This document shows, in pieces, positions 62,147-64,000 of a DNA stretch of 64,000 bases (position 1 is its first letter; the number at the start of each line of letters is the position of its first letter). The DNA is from an archaeon. GTDB taxonomy: Archaea > Micrarchaeota > Micrarchaeia > Anstonellales > Bilamarchaeaceae. The stretch lies in assembly GCA_020053355.1 (NCBI GenBank), contig JAGVNI010000019.1, positions 7,707 to 71,706 on the forward strand. The letters are read 5' to 3'. The notes beneath the pieces were generated by a model, which was given only the letters and a program-made list of their open reading frames with translations, was not told the origin of the DNA and did not search any database. The position numbers were made by a program, and so were the translations under genes.

Positions 62147-62851
62147 TCAGTTCTGGATTTCTATTATTCTCGCGATGGTCGGCATGAGCTTGCGCTCGGC
62201 TTTCCGGAGCAGCTCGCCTGCCGCGGCCTCGCTGATGCCCATCTGCTGGCCGATTCTTTCAAGCGACGTGCGCTTTGGGATGTCGTAATAATCGAGGCTG
62301 CCGGCCAGGCGCAGGGCTTCTGCCTGCCTTTTTGTGAGGAGGTCAGCTGCGGATACGAACTCCATGAATCCGCTTTTGATTAGGCTGTCCGGGCGCACGC
62401 GCTCGTCCTCTTTCAGGAAATGCTTTGAAGCTACCTTGACGTTATAGCTGTTCTTCAGCGAATCCAGGAAGGATTTCAGGGAGTCGAATGACGGGGCGAA
62501 GAGGTGCGCCTTCTCGATGCCCCCGCAATACACTGGATTGGATATGAATGCGCATCCGGATTTCTTTAGCGCGAACTTGGTCGATGCGTCTTTCTTGGTG
62601 GTCGAAATTATTTCTGACGACTCCTTGCCCTTCCGGACAATCCGGATATCGTATGTGGTCGGGTGCGCGCGGAGGGACGTGATGAAGCGGGGCATTTGGG
62701 GGCCGCTGATGTTGAAGAAGTGGCTGATTGCCTTGCCCCGCTCCCCCAGTTCGGCAAGGTATCTTATCGAGGTGTCCGGGTAGCGCTCAGGTATGTCTGA
62801 GCAGATGCAGTCGTGGTTGTATTCTATCGTCGCGATGAGGGGCCTTGCCAT
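62147..62851 (-). CDS. DNA-binding protein with C-terminal HTH_10 (Bat-type) domain
   Basis: C-terminus LTKRQAEALRLAGSLDYYDIPKRTSLERIGQQMGISEAAAGELLRKAERKL matches the halobacterial HTH_10 pattern. Confidence 0.7.
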   Translation of the reverse strand: MARPLIATIEYNHDCICSDIPERYPDTSIRYLAELGERGKAISHFFNISGPQMPRFITSLRAHPTTYDIRIVRKGKESSEIISTTKKDASTKFALKKSGCAFISNPVYCGGIEKAHLFAPSFDSLKSFLDSLKNSYNVKVASKHFLKEDERVRPDSLIKSGFMEFVSAADLLTKRQAEALRLAGSLDYYDIPKRTSLERIGQQMGISEAAAGELLRKAERKLMPTIARIIEIQN

Positions 62852-62910
62852 AGGTAATAATATGGCTAAAAGTGTTTATAAAGTTGTCTTTTATGGAAAA
62901 TCGTATATAT

Positions 62911-63873
62911 TTAGCCGAATATGGTCTTCTTGGCGGGAAACACGTAATCCTCGCTCATGACCGCAGATTCTATGTTTCGGAGCTCGTGCGGGAACAGCGC
63001 GCGCAATTCATGCATTATCTTGTTGTACGCCGCATAGTTCTCCACCATAATCTCCAGCTCTATCTCCCAGGGGCCGATAAGCCTTACGATGTGCACGATG
63101 TTGGGCTGTGATTTGCAGAATTCCAGCAGTTTCTTCTCCTCTTGGGCCCCCAGGTTGTCGAAATACAGGAACGTCTTGTAGAACTCCATCCCGAGCTTGG
63201 TGTGGTCGATGGCCGCAGCGTACCAGCCGATGATGCCCGTTTCTTCCAGACGTTTCACCCTGTTGCGGAGGATATCAACGGTGACGCCTGCAGAATTGGC
63301 GAGTTCGACGCTCTTCGCCCTTCCGTTGTGCATGAGCGCCGCCAGGACCTTCCGGTCGATTTCATCCAGCTCATTTTCCTCAATATTGCCGAAAAGCGTG
63401 CGCGGCTCGCCTTCTTCGCCGACGAGGAATTTGAACGGGTACACCCAGATGTCCACCAGAAGGCCGGTCTTCTTCTCCATGATGATGTCGCTAAAGCGGG
63501 AGAAAAGCTCGTTCTTCTTATCGAAGAACTCCTCCTTGTTTTTCGCGAAGAAGGTCACTCCGACATCCCATGCGCCGTCCGCCACACCAAGCCAGAAAAC
63601 GTCGTTACGGGAGCGTATATGCTCGAAGAATTCCGACCTGCGCTTCTGGTCGCCCGACATCTTAAGATAGAGCTTGTAATTGTGATAGCCCAGTTTTCCA
63701 AGATCAATCCAGGTGCGATAGACCGGAATGAGGCCGCGCGCAGAGAGCTGTTTAATCCGGTAATGGACGACGTCGCGGGAGAGCCTCAGCCGTTTTGCAA
63801 GGATTGTTTCAGGGACGCGTGCATCCATGTGGAGCGCATGGAGGATTTTCCGGTCGCTTGCGTCAAGTAGCAT
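62911..63873 (-). CDS. Two-module Lrp/AsnC-family transcriptional regulator
   Basis: 320 aa. HMDARVPETILAKRLRLSRDVVHYRIKQL and HNGRAKSVELANSAGVTVDILRNRVKRLE are HTHs, each followed by an AsnC-like domain. Confidence 0.8.
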   Translation of the reverse strand: MLLDASDRKILHALHMDARVPETILAKRLRLSRDVVHYRIKQLSARGLIPVYRTWIDLGKLGYHNYKLYLKMSGDQKRRSEFFEHIRSRNDVFWLGVADGAWDVGVTFFAKNKEEFFDKKNELFSRFSDIIMEKKTGLLVDIWVYPFKFLVGEEGEPRTLFGNIEENELDEIDRKVLAALMHNGRAKSVELANSAGVTVDILRNRVKRLEETGIIGWYAAAIDHTKLGMEFYKTFLYFDNLGAQEEKKLLEFCKSQPNIVHIVRLIGPWEIELEIMVENYAAYNKIMHELRALFPHELRNIESAVMSEDYVFPAKKTIFG

Positions 63874-63960
63874 AATAAATTACTCAATAAATGCAATAAT
63901 ATATATAAATATGCGTTTTTTGTGAAAAAATAGGTATAAGATATTAAATATAAGTAATGT
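63874..63960. promoter_or_regulatory. AT-rich upstream region of the third dual-Lrp gene
   Basis: About 85 nt of nearly pure A/T with multiple TATA-like boxes (aataatatatataaatat, aaaaaataggtataag). Confidence 0.45.
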
Positions 63961-64000
63961 GTTAGATGATGTCATGATGTTAACAAAAATCCGCTCAGCC

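Noticed and set aside
1-64000. rRNA genes, RNase P RNA, SRP RNA or other large conserved RNAs
   Set aside because: Non-coding gaps are short, mostly under 150 nt. The only long ones are explained by the IS ends, the palindrome array and the tRNAs. I saw no sequence resembling conserved rRNA or SRP cores.

Overview
Gene-dense archaeal chromosome segment, roughly 58% GC by eye. Archaeal hallmarks are ELP3, tRNA-splicing endonuclease EndA, RNase P Pop5, Cdc48, Bud32, a Fap7-type kinase, TrmI, DUF424, intron-containing tRNAs, and BRE/TATA boxes about 26 nt upstream of ATGs (leaderless starts). Many secreted proteins carry a lipobox-like [LAG]-[AG]-G-C signal end. The gene content looks like a small-genome (DPANN-like) archaeon, but that is inference. 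Ordinary content: housekeeping genes, three two-module Lrp/AsnC regulators, ACT-domain proteins, a MarR-HlyD-MFS efflux operon, one tnpB-only IS200/IS605 element, and two intron-bearing tRNAs. The standout is a divergent locus of about 16.5 kb (7667-24115). On the minus strand it encodes a ~1390-aa single-pass membrane protein followed by a PadR regulator. On the plus strand it encodes a nine-gene operon with start/stop overlaps or gaps of at most 7 nt: six paralogous polytopic membrane proteins, a 1302-aa Cys-rich glycosylated lipoprotein, a triple zinc-ribbon protein and a GNAT-like protein. The six paralogs share three conserved blocks, including an exactly spaced R-x2-G-x2-[LF]-[IV]-A-[LI]-x8-P motif and a C-terminal LGG[DE] tail. 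I recognise no known family or ATPase in this locus, and I propose it as a previously undescribed envelope or cell-surface machine. Secondary observations: a GAACG-core palindrome array related to the tnpB 3' structure, a tRNA with two insertions, a lipoprotein paralog family next to a bacterial-OMP-like beta-barrel candidate, and a coupled RNase HI / DNA methyltransferase / transglutaminase-TPR trio.
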